Shown here piece by piece: positions 39,388 through 50,745 of a DNA stretch of 64,000 bases. The stretch spans positions 1,798,001-1,862,000 of the forward strand of contig CM052837.1 of the NCBI GenBank assembly GCA_028534125.1, in the 5' to 3' direction. The stretch comes from Lama glama. Taxonomy: Eukaryota. Under the pieces are notes generated by a model that saw only the letters and a list, made by a program, of their open reading frames with translations, was not told where the DNA came from and did no database searches. Both the position numbers and the translations under genes were made by a program. Within the stretch, counting starts at the first letter, position 1. Each line of letters opens with the position of its first letter.

Positions 39388-39390
<3 letters not shown>

Positions 39391-39432
<42 letters not shown>
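39391..39432 (+). repeat. (TG)21 microsatellite
   Basis: Read directly from the sequence. Confidence 0.97.
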
Positions 39433-39434
<2 letters not shown>

Positions 39435-41466
39435 TGTGATGTTGCAGATACTTCTTTTTGAGAGAATAGTTCCATTCCTTTTTTCCTGCTCCTAAAATAA
39501 ATAAATAAATATACATATACACACACAAACATGTCACCTTTAATTGAAGTGACAGTAAATTATGAACTGGAGAAATATCTGAAACTTAGAAGAAATAGTT
39601 ATATCCCCAATATATAAAGAGTTCCTACATGTTAACAGGAAAAATTATAATACATGTTCAGATACATGTGTGCATAAGTCATGTGATGTGAAGAAATGAC
39701 AAGGCCCAGCGTTTAAATGTCACTCTTCACTAATAAGCTGATATGCAGACTTACAGTTGAAAACGTGTTTACCGACTGCATTAGCCAGGTCCCCGCTGCT
39801 GCTGCTGTCCTCCTGAGGGTGACGCCTGTGTCCGCTCTCCACACGCTGGAATCTGATAGTAACAGTCTGATAGTGGTGGAGGAGGTGCAGGGACGCACAC
39901 CTGGAAATAACATTTTTTAAAGTACGCAAGAGAGAGCTGGTAGAAGAAGCGCAAAAGGGGACCCAGAGTTGGCTTATTTATGCCACCAGAGCCAGCTTGC
40001 AAGTGGAATGACCTTCCTCCAAGACAGGGTAAAAGGGTGGCCTTTCTGTGAAATTAACTCAGCGAAGCCTGAGATGGCCTCCCCTCTCTTTACCTCCAGA
40101 AAGTCATCACTCTCCCCACCCTGTCAGCAGCCGCAAACACTGTCAGGCCTGCCGCATCCCTGACCCAAGAAACCAAAGACCCTTCTGGTTGTTGGGCAGC
40201 CACCCTTCTCCCCAGGCCGGGGGCTGCCGATGGCATGGGGAGGCCTGAAGCTGCCAGCCTGAAGTGCGGGGCTGGGTACTTTGTAGCATGAGACTGGCGG
40301 AGCACGGCAGGGCCACCTAAGTATCGTGTTAAGTGTCTTCACTCACCGATGTGAAAAGTGTCCAGGGCGTGTTGGGTCAAAAATAAGAGTGTCATGTTAA
40401 ATGACTGTTCATGTAAAAGTGTGTTTATGCCGAAGACACAGATCACACACGAGCCACAGCAGGTCCAGAGAGCACGGTCACCGACGCTTAAATGGCGGCC
40501 GTCGGGGCTGCACAGTCCGAATCAGTGTTTTCATACTGAAATCACTTTTTGCTTATTCATATTATTCAAATGTTTATAATGAGTATGTAAAATTTTATAA
40601 CCAGAAAAAACTACAAAACTATTATTTATTTGCGCAAAAAAAGCTCCCAGAGTGTTTTGGAAAGTTTTTTTTTTCCCCAAAGCCTGGCTATTTACCATTA
40701 AAAGAAAAGAACAATTCAACAGATGTGACACTGGCTGTAATTTCCTCTAAACTTGTCTTACTTTTCAACCTTGAGGAATATTCAAGACCCAAACAATACA
40801 CAAAATAGTATCTTTACCAAGACTAAAATGCCCTAAAAACAGAAAACAATCTAAGTTTCCTCTGCCCAGCACTGCAATTAAACCTCTTCTGTAATAACAC
40901 GTACATTGTACATCATGCCTTGTAGTGATCTGGGTACAGAGGACTTTTGCTGTCTTTAGGGAAAGCTATGTCTGTAAGTGTCATTTACTGAAAAGGGTAG
41001 AAAAAGGACACAACTGGGCAGGAAGGAATTGCCTCTGTCCCGGTGTCTAGCTTGCGCTGAGTAGGAATGCGCAAAGCTGTGACACCTCACAGTGCAAGAA
41101 GGTGATGCCATTTCCAGTCACGTCACAATTCATTTCCAAGACCTGGTGGCCTCAACACATGTTAAATTCTGCTTAAACATGGGCTGGTCACCAACCGGTG
41201 GAACAGAACCCCCTTCAGCGCACACTCAGTAGCAGCGTTGGGTCATAAACCCCGAGTCTTTTCAGTGAACACTGAGCCAAGGATCAAGACTCCCTCAGGC
41301 CTTTCCATTAAGAAACACAGTCAGAAGCTCAGACTGGGTCCTGGTTGAGCCAGAAACGCCGCAGTGGCTCATGGGGACATATCGACATCGCGCTGACCCA
41401 TCAGCAGCTTCCTGTGCTCGCTGCTTTTCAGCCACTGGCTGATCTCCACTTCAGTCAGCGTCGGGG

Positions 41467-41966
41467 NNNNNNNNNNNNNNNNNNNNNNNNNNNNNNNNNN
41501 NNNNNNNNNNNNNNNNNNNNNNNNNNNNNNNNNNNNNNNNNNNNNNNNNNNNNNNNNNNNNNNNNNNNNNNNNNNNNNNNNNNNNNNNNNNNNNNNNNNN
41601 NNNNNNNNNNNNNNNNNNNNNNNNNNNNNNNNNNNNNNNNNNNNNNNNNNNNNNNNNNNNNNNNNNNNNNNNNNNNNNNNNNNNNNNNNNNNNNNNNNNN
41701 NNNNNNNNNNNNNNNNNNNNNNNNNNNNNNNNNNNNNNNNNNNNNNNNNNNNNNNNNNNNNNNNNNNNNNNNNNNNNNNNNNNNNNNNNNNNNNNNNNNN
41801 NNNNNNNNNNNNNNNNNNNNNNNNNNNNNNNNNNNNNNNNNNNNNNNNNNNNNNNNNNNNNNNNNNNNNNNNNNNNNNNNNNNNNNNNNNNNNNNNNNNN
41901 NNNNNNNNNNNNNNNNNNNNNNNNNNNNNNNNNNNNNNNNNNNNNNNNNNNNNNNNNNNNNNNNNN
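41467..41966. other. Assembly gap, exactly 500 N (placeholder-size scaffold join)
   Basis: Run of N with a round length. The flanks are unrelated to each other. Confidence 0.98.
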
Positions 41967-42580
41967 TGTCCATGAGTCTATTTCTGTCCTGTATTTATGC
42001 TTTGTTTTTTTAGATTCCACATATGAGCGAGCTCATACGGTATTTTTCTTTCTCTTTCTGGCTTACTTCACTTAGAACGACATTCTCCAGGAGCATCCAT
42101 GTTCCTGCAANNNNNNNNNNNNNNNNNNNNNNNNNNNNNNNNNNNNNNNNNNNNNNNNNNNNNNNNNNNNNNNNNNNNNNNNNNNNNNNNNNNNNNNNNN
42201 NNNNNNNNNNNNNNNNNNNNNNNNNNNNNNNNNNNNNNNNNNNNNNNNNNNNNNNNNNNNNNNNNNNTCCTAAAGTAGGGCTCCTTCTGGGTATAAGCCC
42301 AGGAGCGGGATTCCTGGGTCATATGGTAAGTCTATTCCTAGTCTTTTGAGGAATCTCCGCACTGTTTTCCACAGTGGCTGCACCCAACTGCTTTCCCACC
42401 AGCAGTGAAGGAGGGTTCCCTTTTCTCCACAGCCTCTCCAGCATTTGTCATTTGTGGACTTTTGAATGATGGCCATTCTGCCTGGTGTGAGGTGATACCT
42501 CATTGTAGTTTTGATTTGCATTTCTCTGATAATTAGTGATACTGAGCATTTTTTCATGTGCCTATTGATCATTTGTATGG
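41967..42580 (-). mobile_element. Young L1 fragment (ORF2 C-terminus and 3'UTR) bordering the gaps
   Basis: ORF 42270..42572(-) reads [54 protein letters not shown]; CpGs are retained. Confidence 0.92.
42111..42267. other. Assembly gap, 157 N, inside an L1
   Basis: Run of N flanked on both sides by colinear L1 3' sequence. Confidence 0.98.
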
Positions 42581-43249
42581 GGAAGACCTATTTTGATCCC
42601 CCCTCACCCCCCGGAGAGCCCTTGCCTTTGTGCAGTTTACACTCGGGCGGACCCACCCCATCTGGCATTTGGTGTTTGGCTGACAGGCTGTGGGTTCTCC
42701 AGCAGGAGGCACCATGGGGCCCACTTGATTTAATACTGAAGTTGCTTTGTTATTGGCGTCAACTTCCCCACGTCTCCCAGCAGCTTTTTTCTAACTGGTT
42801 GTGCATATCAGTTGGCCATGAGTATTTCTCATCTTTAAATCAAACAAACATATAGACACCTGGTGCATCTGGAGGCTCCCCTTTGACTTGTGCACACTTG
42901 CTTCTGGTTTCTGCCCCCTTCCCCATCCTTGCCTTCTGAGCAGGACCTCAGCGCACCGGTGGCGGTGCAGGGGTTTCATCTCACTTCATCTTCAGCTCTC
43001 TCACCCAGGATCTCGTAGACACGCCTTTGGCTGCTGCCTGTGCTCTGTTACCACCCAGACACTGCCCCTGCCCTCTAGACCCATATGCCCGGTTGCCCAG
43101 AAGAGCATCTCCACTAAGGTAGTCCTCTGACACCTCAAATTCCAGGATTTCCAGAACCAAACAACATGCTTGAATTCTAGGATTCCTTCTGGATTCAACA
43201 TCTTGGATAAAATTCTTGCCACCTACGAAGCCCTTTTTAGTGGGGCCGG

Positions 43250-43890
43250 GGGTATCATTCTTGAGACCCCTGTGTACCCAACTTGTGTCCATCATGACAG
43301 CTTTATCTCCCGGATGTCTCTGCTATAGCTTCTCCTCTTTGTCCTGCTCACCTTGGTCTAGGCCACTTCATTCCTTGTTGGAAATACTACCATCGCCTCT
43401 TCTTCGAGACACCTCACCTATCTTCTCAGCTGTCTTAAGTTTACCTCCAGCCATATCCTGCTCCGGTGAGAACATCAGCCCGCCCTCGCTGCCTCTCCGG
43501 GCGCGTCTCCTACCTGCTCACCACCTGCCCGCTGAGCTGACCGCCTGTTGCTGTTCCTTTAAGTCACCAAGTCTGCCTCTTAGCCTTCACACATGCTCCT
43601 CCTCTGTTCCAGGTCTCCTCTCGGCTAACTAGTTAGTTTTGTAAGTCTCAGTGCAAGTGTCCTCTTTTCCAGGAAGCAGTTCACGAAGTCCCTGCTGAAG
43701 TGAGGCACTTTCCCCGTCACCTGCGTAGCGCATCCTACAGACTGTGGCCAGGCTTCTTTTTTTCCCTGAATGATACTTTCCTTGCTGTCTCTCTTCCCCA
43801 TGAATCATGCAACCCTTGGAAGTAAAGACGAACTATTTCATTCATAGTTGTTTAATTTCTGCATTTCAGATGCCAACCTTCGTACCTAGT
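43250..43890 (+). mobile_element. L2 relic; ends approximate
   Basis: Pyrimidine-rich L2 3' motifs (ccttcacacatgctcctcctctg; aagtctcagtgcaagtgtcctcttttccaggaagc). Confidence 0.5.
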
Positions 43891-45781
43891 GTGTAGGTAT
43901 TTTTCACTAAACGGGATTTGGCCTGTGTGTGTGTGTGTAGGGATGTTTGAGTACATGTCAGTATTATCACATAGTAAAACAAGATTTAAGATACCTTTTA
44001 GAATTACGGGCTTAAAAGACAGCAAGCCCACATGTTCTCGGAGAAGTCGAAAATGGAAATATGTTGGAGAGAATTTACTTCAGTGGTTTTCAGTATGTGA
44101 TCAACTATGTACTGCCTTTAATCTGTGTAATTAGAGACAATCTGGGGTGGTTGGTTTAGGTTTTCCTCTTTGTAGACGTGTAGTGTGAATGGCTTGCAAA
44201 AAAGTATATAACTAAATACATTTGTATTTTATGTTTATCAGATTTTGAAAAATTAGTTCTTTCAAATTATACAGCATTTTTTTGTTTGTTTGAGTTTTAC
44301 TTCACTGGGTTCAGGGTTTAAAAATGCCCACATGTTTTAATGTATTTTAATGTAAATGTCGTTGGTAATTCGGTGACGTTTAAGGAAGGACAAGGTATAT
44401 GTTATGTCAGTGTGAACATAGGACCGTAGCAGAGATCAGGATTACCTGTGAAAGTCACAGTTCCACAGGGAGGAAGCAGTCCAAGTTCTTTCACTGAGTA
44501 TTAATTGAGCATCTACGCGTTCCGGGCATGCTCCAGGCACTGGGGGTACTTCGGAGTGTTCTGGTGTCTGCGGGACTTCTACTTAGCCAGGGATGAGGAC
44601 CGTGCAGACGCTGGGAGAGGTGATGGAGAAGTGGACAGTGGTGCAGAGCCAGGCTCCTGCAGATAGAGCGCTCAGAGGGACTCATGTGCGGAGGTGACGT
44701 CCTGCCTTTGCAGCCACCGTGTTCGACCAGGTCTACCTGTTGTGGCTCTTCCAGTACAGGTTCCTAGACGCTCCTTTCCTGTCAAGTGGGAACAAGTGAA
44801 AGACATGAACATGTATGGTGCGGAGCCCGTTAGAAAGTTAAGACCAAACCGAACCCCGAGCTGGCCCGAGTGGTGGAGGCAGTGTTTCCATAGCTACCTG
44901 GAGAGATGCTTACTCAGGAGATCTGAATATAAGTTCCTTACCTTAATCTTTCAGAATGTTAGAATAGGAGGCTAGAGAAACCTAGAATGAATATTTTTCA
45001 CAGTAAAACAATAACACACTATCAATACCAAGAAATGTATCTTGGATATTCTACATTTTTAAAAAAGGTGGTTGCAGAAAAAATACAAGGATCTTACAGC
45101 CCAAGAGTGACTTGCCAACACTTGCTCTGGAGTGAAAAAAAGGTCATTCTTATTGCTTTGGGTCTTTGGGGGAAAAGTTGCTTTCATGAGCCAAATACTC
45201 TTGTATATCGGAAATTTGTTCTTTATTGTATCTACCTTGTGGGAGTGGGGAAGGGTTCATAACTACAATCCTGAAACTTATTTTTAGCTATTAATTTCAA
45301 GTAATTCTTGCTACCAGTCTCATTTCCTTATTCCACTGCATAAGCTCTCATCCTCTTTGTTGTCCATCTTTCTTCCCGGTTCTGTTTCTGTCCAGTGATG
45401 TTGACATAAGTGGAAAGTGGAGGGTAAAAAAGGAGAAACCTAGAGAAACTCTTCTTGTGATATTTAAGCAGTGGGTGTGAGATACAATGATCACTAGTTC
45501 TTTTTTTCCTTTTCTTTTTTGCTTCCTTTTAGGGAGAATTAAAGTTGGAACAGTAATCTCTTTAAAACATTCAGGAAAGGAAGCTTGCTTGGGGCAAGTC
45601 AAAGAGACTGTCCCCTAGGGGTCCAGGATAAAGGGCAATATTTATGTTATTACAAACAGGTTTTTTTTTTCTTTTCTGCATAGAGTAATATAGCATGTAC
45701 TGTGGGCTATCATGAAAGTGTGTAATGTCATTTGTTGTTTATTTTCTCTTTATATCTTATTAATTTTTGTTTGTTTTGTAG

Positions 45782-45839
45782 AAAATACTGCAGTTTCTAC
45801 CTGAACGAATTTTCTTTCGATGGCATTACCAGAGTATAG
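45782..45839 (+). CDS. RALGAPA2: RALGAPA2 exon 4 (KILQFLPERIFFRWHYQSI-G)
   Basis: T-rich acceptor ...ttgttttgtag, donor G|GTAAGA. 58 nt, phase 0 to 1. Peptide matches RALGAPA2. Confidence 0.95.
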
Positions 45840-46140
45840 GTAAGAACAATTACAAAAATTTTTAAGTAATATAGATTTCTTCCCATTGTATTTGCAGTAA
45901 TGTTTAATATAATCAACACCATCAAGATCGGTTACAACAAGGAATATTAACAAGGATATGCTGATTAAAAACTGAGACAAGTCCAGCTTGGACTTTGGAG
46001 GAAAGTACATTATCTGTGTCTTGCTCAAAAATTGGTTCATAGACCTGGAGCCTTGCCTGCAAGCTTGTTAGAAATGCAGAATCTTGGTCCCAGCCAGACC
46101 TACCAAGCTGCAGTCTACTTTTCTAATAGAGTCCCAGAGA

Positions 46141-46842
46141 GGGGAGGGTGTAGCTCAGTGGTAGAGTGCGTGCTTGGCATGCAAGAGGTCCTGGGTTCTT
46201 GGCATGCATGAGGTTCTGGGTTCATCCCTAGTGCCTCCATTAAAAATTAAAATAAAATAAATAAATAAAATAAATGAATATATTTATTCTTGTGGTACAT
46301 AGAAACAATGGACTATTACTCAGCCATAAAAAAGAATGAAATAATGCCACATACAGCAACATGGATGGACCTAGAGATGATCACATTAAGTGAAGTAAGT
46401 CAGGCAGCAAAATACAAATGTCATGTGATATCATATATATGTGGAATCTAAAAAAATGATACAAATCTATCCACAAACCAAAAACAGACTCACAGACATA
46501 GAAAACAAACTATAGTTACCAGAGGGGAAGGGCAAAGAGGGATACACAGGGGTTGGCGGTTAACAGACACACATTACTATACATGAAATAGATAGACAAC
46601 AAGGATCTACTATATAGCACAGGGGACAATCTTTAATTTCTTATAATAACATATAATGGAAAAGAATCTGAAAAGAAAGAAAATATATGTATGTGTATGT
46701 ATAACTGAATTGCTTTGCTGTACCCATGAAACTGACAGTGTAAATCAACTGCACTTCAATAAAAATTTTTTAAATAAAAATAAATAAATGAATAAACCTA
46801 ATCATCCTCACCCCCCCCAAAAAAAGGGTTAAAAAAAGAGAG
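46141..46842 (+). mobile_element. tRNA-Ala-derived SINE (camelid Vic-1 type), interrupted by an L1
   Basis: GGGGAGGGTGTAGCTCAGTGGTAGAG... head with A and B boxes. TSD AGAGTCCCAGAG at 46128-46139 and 46843-46854. Confidence 0.88.
46281..46781 (+). mobile_element. 5'-truncated L1 3' end nested in the SINE A-rich linker
   Basis: L1 3'UTR; TSD AAATAAATGAATA at 46268-46280 and 46782-46794. Confidence 0.9.
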
Positions 46843-48553
46843 AGAGTCCCAGAGGATGCCTGTGCACATAAAGTTTGAGAAACATTGATCTGGAGTATTT
46901 TTCTTAAATAGTTTTACGCTTTCCCTTATAAGAATATCTTACTCTTCAGGCCTTTGTCATTGACTCGGAATTATTTTGCTTGAATGTTTTAGGATGTGGC
47001 AGCGAGAGGAAACTTGCAATAGAGCAAGTTCCCATCACTGCCCTTCTGTCCAGTTCTTGACATCCAACAGCGTTTCATCTCCATCCTGTATTCACAGTAC
47101 AGCTGGCGTAATTTGTGGTATTGATTGTGAATTCTGCCTTCTTGTTAAAAGGCTTGGTTTAGTCCTTCTGCCTTAGAAGACTGACATTTCTTCTAATTTT
47201 TCTACCTTACCGGATGATCATATTTGAGGAGAGCATGACCTTATTACAGAAGCTTCTCTATTTGATCATTCATTCGTTCAAATGTTTATTGAGGGAGAGA
47301 CATTCATGTACAAAGTTCAGGGACAAAAGCAGAGTATCTCACCATGCTGTATTATGTAAGTTGATTGCCTAATGGGGATTAGATGAGAAAAAATAATTAC
47401 AGTGTGATTGTTGCTATAAAAGGCATACAAAGTAGCAAAGGAGAAAAGTTGAATAATTTTACTCAGAGAAATTGAGGAAGGCTTTGAAAGGTGATTCCAA
47501 TCTGAGCCTTCAAATGTGAGTGTGGAGAGGGCTTTCTAGGTAGGAGATTAATCAATATGTAAAAGGCATGGAAACTGAGAGAACATGGCACCATCAGTGG
47601 ATATACCAAAATTCCAGATCCTGAACTTAATTTAGGATGATTTCTGTGAAAACTCTGGCCCTTATATAAATGGAATTATATGTCACAAATGTCAAAATGT
47701 AAAGAAAGTAAAGTATATATACTTAATAAATCTGTTGAACTGAATGGATAAATCGTTATTTTAGGATGTCTTGGTCTTTGAGTCCTTCAAACACACAAAA
47801 GAAGTTTTTCTTAGAATGTTAGAGTTGTTGACAGCATTTCTGCTTAACTGATGCTTTGACCCTCTGTATTTAAATTGAAAATAAAAAAATCAGACGTTAG
47901 GTATGATTCTGAGGAACATCCTGGGAGTTTGCGATGTTCCCTGGTGTAGCAGCAATGCAGGACAATGCAGAGTGACTGCACGCGGTGTTTGTCTGTGTCA
48001 GTTAGAATCCCTCCCTTTTATTTATGTTGTCTGGAGGAAAGCCATCCTCAGTTTCTTCAGATGGTACTTCAAAAAGTCTGAAGACTCGTAGGCCCCGCTC
48101 AGTGTGAATAAACTTATTAGAGCTACGTGTGGAAATTAATTTGCCATTTTGTGTTGTGGGAACTTCACAGATCTAGTGGGTAGTGCATAGTATTACCTAA
48201 ACTCTGTCCAGGTCCTCGGGGGTGGGATAAAATTGCTGGTACAAGTAGCTTTTGCACCCAGTTTAAGAGTAACTTTCTGAGAACGGTGACTTTGAGCTCA
48301 GGGCTGCGGAGCACTGGGTCTTCTGAGCCACAGAGAGGGTGGGTGTTGGTTTTCTGTTGCTCTGCTGTGTAGACGAAGTCAGCTCTGTAACTCGGTCAGG
48401 ATGAGTCCTGTGTCAGGACACTCACGTAGGAGCCTTTACATACAAAATCATCCTTATTATTGACTCTTGTGTACTTCATGCCTGAATCACACAGGATCTT
48501 TTCAGATAGAGTTTTGCACGATTTATCAAAGTGGGTAGAAAGTGGTGTTTAGA

Positions 48554-48926
48554 CAGGTCCACGTCTCTTTTATCGTGATCTTCAGGCTAGATGCGCATTG
48601 GAATCAGAGCTTTTCAGATTTTAGAGTGGTAGTGAGGCGCGTTGGTGTATAACGAACATGAACACAGCATTAACGTCTGTACGTAACCCTCCAGGGGTCT
48701 GGGCAGTACCTGGAACCTGGAGTGTTGTCCTTTCCGTAGCCTAAGATGTAAGCAGGCGTCCTCAGTGGGAGAACTTGGCCCACAAAGGCCTTAGTCAGTT
48801 AGTCCAGTGTTGCCACCACAGGAGTTCAGCTCAGGTCAGGTCCTGTCCGCTAAAGAATTGCACAGAAGAGGTTCCGTATTCATAGGTTTTTGGATTTTGA
48901 GTTTGCAGTAGGGGATTGTGGACTTG
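48554..48926 (+). mobile_element. MER46C-like TcMar-Tigger MITE
   Basis: Imperfect terminal inverted repeats CAGGTCCAC...GTGGACTTG followed by TA; internal ttttcagattttag and aggggtctgggcag motifs. Confidence 0.7.
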
Positions 48927-50126
48927 TAATTCTACACTTTTTTTTTTTAACATCCCCCACTGTACCTCTTGCATTCTTTCCAGTTTGTTTGCATCTGTTA
49001 AAACTGTTACTCTCTGTCACTCAAGGTCTTGACCAAGTTAGTTATAGAAAGGAAGAAACCATGGGGAAACACCAGGTTTCGAAGGGAAGGAACGTGCCTT
49101 CGTTATCTCCTTAGCACTGGCATCTTGACTTCCGCAAAGTCTCCGAGGCGAGGGCAGGAGGCTTTTCACAGCACTGGGAAGTCTGGGCACCTCAGCTTCC
49201 TTACTCCTGGCTATCTGCACCCTGGATGTCTAGCAGTCCTCACCTAACAGGGAGAATGCTGCTGGGTAGACTTCTTAATTCAGTGCTAATTGGGGCTGGC
49301 TGGGGCCAAGGAACCCTGAAATACTAGGTTAGCACCTTCAAGTTTGGTTTTCACACCACTGATGCAGGCTACTTCCTGTCCCACAGTGCAAATGCTTGTT
49401 ACTGAGCAGAGGAATCTGAAGTAAGAGCCACTCCTGTATTCTGAGTCTTAGAAGCCCTCAGACCCACCCGTTAGGCACATTTTACCCTGAGAAGGAAGGA
49501 AATAATTCGAAGTATTAACTGCCGCAGCGTTTGAAGTCTGTTTCTTATCCTGTCACCTGGTTTTGTCTGTTTAGAGAGAGACATTCTATTTCTCTTAAGA
49601 CTGTTTTTAGAGGGAAAAAATAGTCTGTAAGGTTTTTCAGGCTGGGTCCTTGCTGTGCATCATCGAAGGAGGAAACATATTTGAACTCTGAGTTTTGCAA
49701 TGTGAAGTGAGCACTGGATCATTATTCCAAGCATCTCGAGATACTGCTTTAAGGATGTTTGGCGGGTAAGGAGATTCGGGAAGTGGCTGACCCAGCACTT
49801 GCGAACTCTGTGATGTGTGTGTTGACCTGCTTCTCAACTGTTTGCAAATTTCCATTCCTTATTACAAATGGAAAAATTGTTTTTTAAATTTTTCCTGAAG
49901 TCACTTTTAGGCCAGTAAATCATGGTGGATAAACGTGGCTGCTTGAAGCCTTATCTGTGAGCAGTACCGAGAACTGACAGGAAGTGAGAAGATGACAAAG
50001 AGTGGCACATCGGCAAACCGGGGATATTTGGTGCAAGGGCAGGTGGTAGCACCTCTTAATATGCCCATGAGTCATCAGTACAGGATTTAATTATACATGG
50101 GTCCACTTTAAGAAGGTTTCCTCTGT

Positions 50127-50745
50127 GATGCCCTATCTCCCAGGTCCTCTCCCCGGTACCCTCACCACCTCCCAGTTCCTTCCCCCGGTACCCTACCACC
50201 TCCTGGGTCCTCTCCCCTGCGCCCTCGCTACCTCCTGGGTCCTCCCTCCGATGCCCTCACCACCTCCTGGGTCCACTCCCCTGCACCCTCGCCACTTCCT
50301 GAGTCCTCTCCCCTGCACCCTCGCCACCTCCCAGGTCCTCCCTCTGATGCCCTTGCCATCTGCTGGGTCCTCTCCCCTGCACCCTCGCCACCTCCTGAAT
50401 CCTCCCTCAGATGCCCTCACCACCTCCCAGGTCCTCTCCCCTGTGCCCTCGCCACCTCCCAGTTCCTCCCCCCAGTACCCTCGCCACCTCCCAGGTTCTC
50501 TCTATGATGCCCTTGCCACCTCCCAGGTCCTCCCTCTGATGCCCTCGCCACCTCCCAGGTCCTCTCCCCTGCGCCCTCACCACCTCCCGGGTCCTCCCTG
50601 CGATGCCCTCGCCACCTCCTGGGTCCTCTCCCCTGCACCCTCACCACCTCCCGGGTCCTCCTCCAATGCTCTCACCACCTCATAGATCCTCCCCCCATGC
50701 CCTTGCCACCTTCCAGGTCCTCTCCCCAGTGCCCCCACCATCCCT
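50127..50745 (+). repeat. C-rich 32-bp minisatellite, ~19 diverged units (consensus RCCCTCGCCACCTCCYRGGTCCTCYCYYYYGM)
   Basis: Units parsed directly; it produces the Pro/Ser-rich spurious ORFs at 50125-51145. Confidence 0.93.

Larger units (their letters stand above)
46015..46887 (+). mobile_element. MER5A1-like hAT relic split by a nested SINE and L1
   Basis: gcttgttagaaatgcagaatcttggtcccagccagacctac on the left rejoins gtgcacataaagtttgagaaacattg on the right. Confidence 0.75.

Noticed and set aside
41345-42349. ORFs spanning poly-X
   Set aside because: Artefacts of the N gaps.
46141-46240. tRNA-Ala gene (also 61284-61360)
   Set aside because: Extra 5' bases, an altered anticodon loop, an A-rich tail, and TSDs on the 46141 copy mark these as tRNA-derived SINEs.
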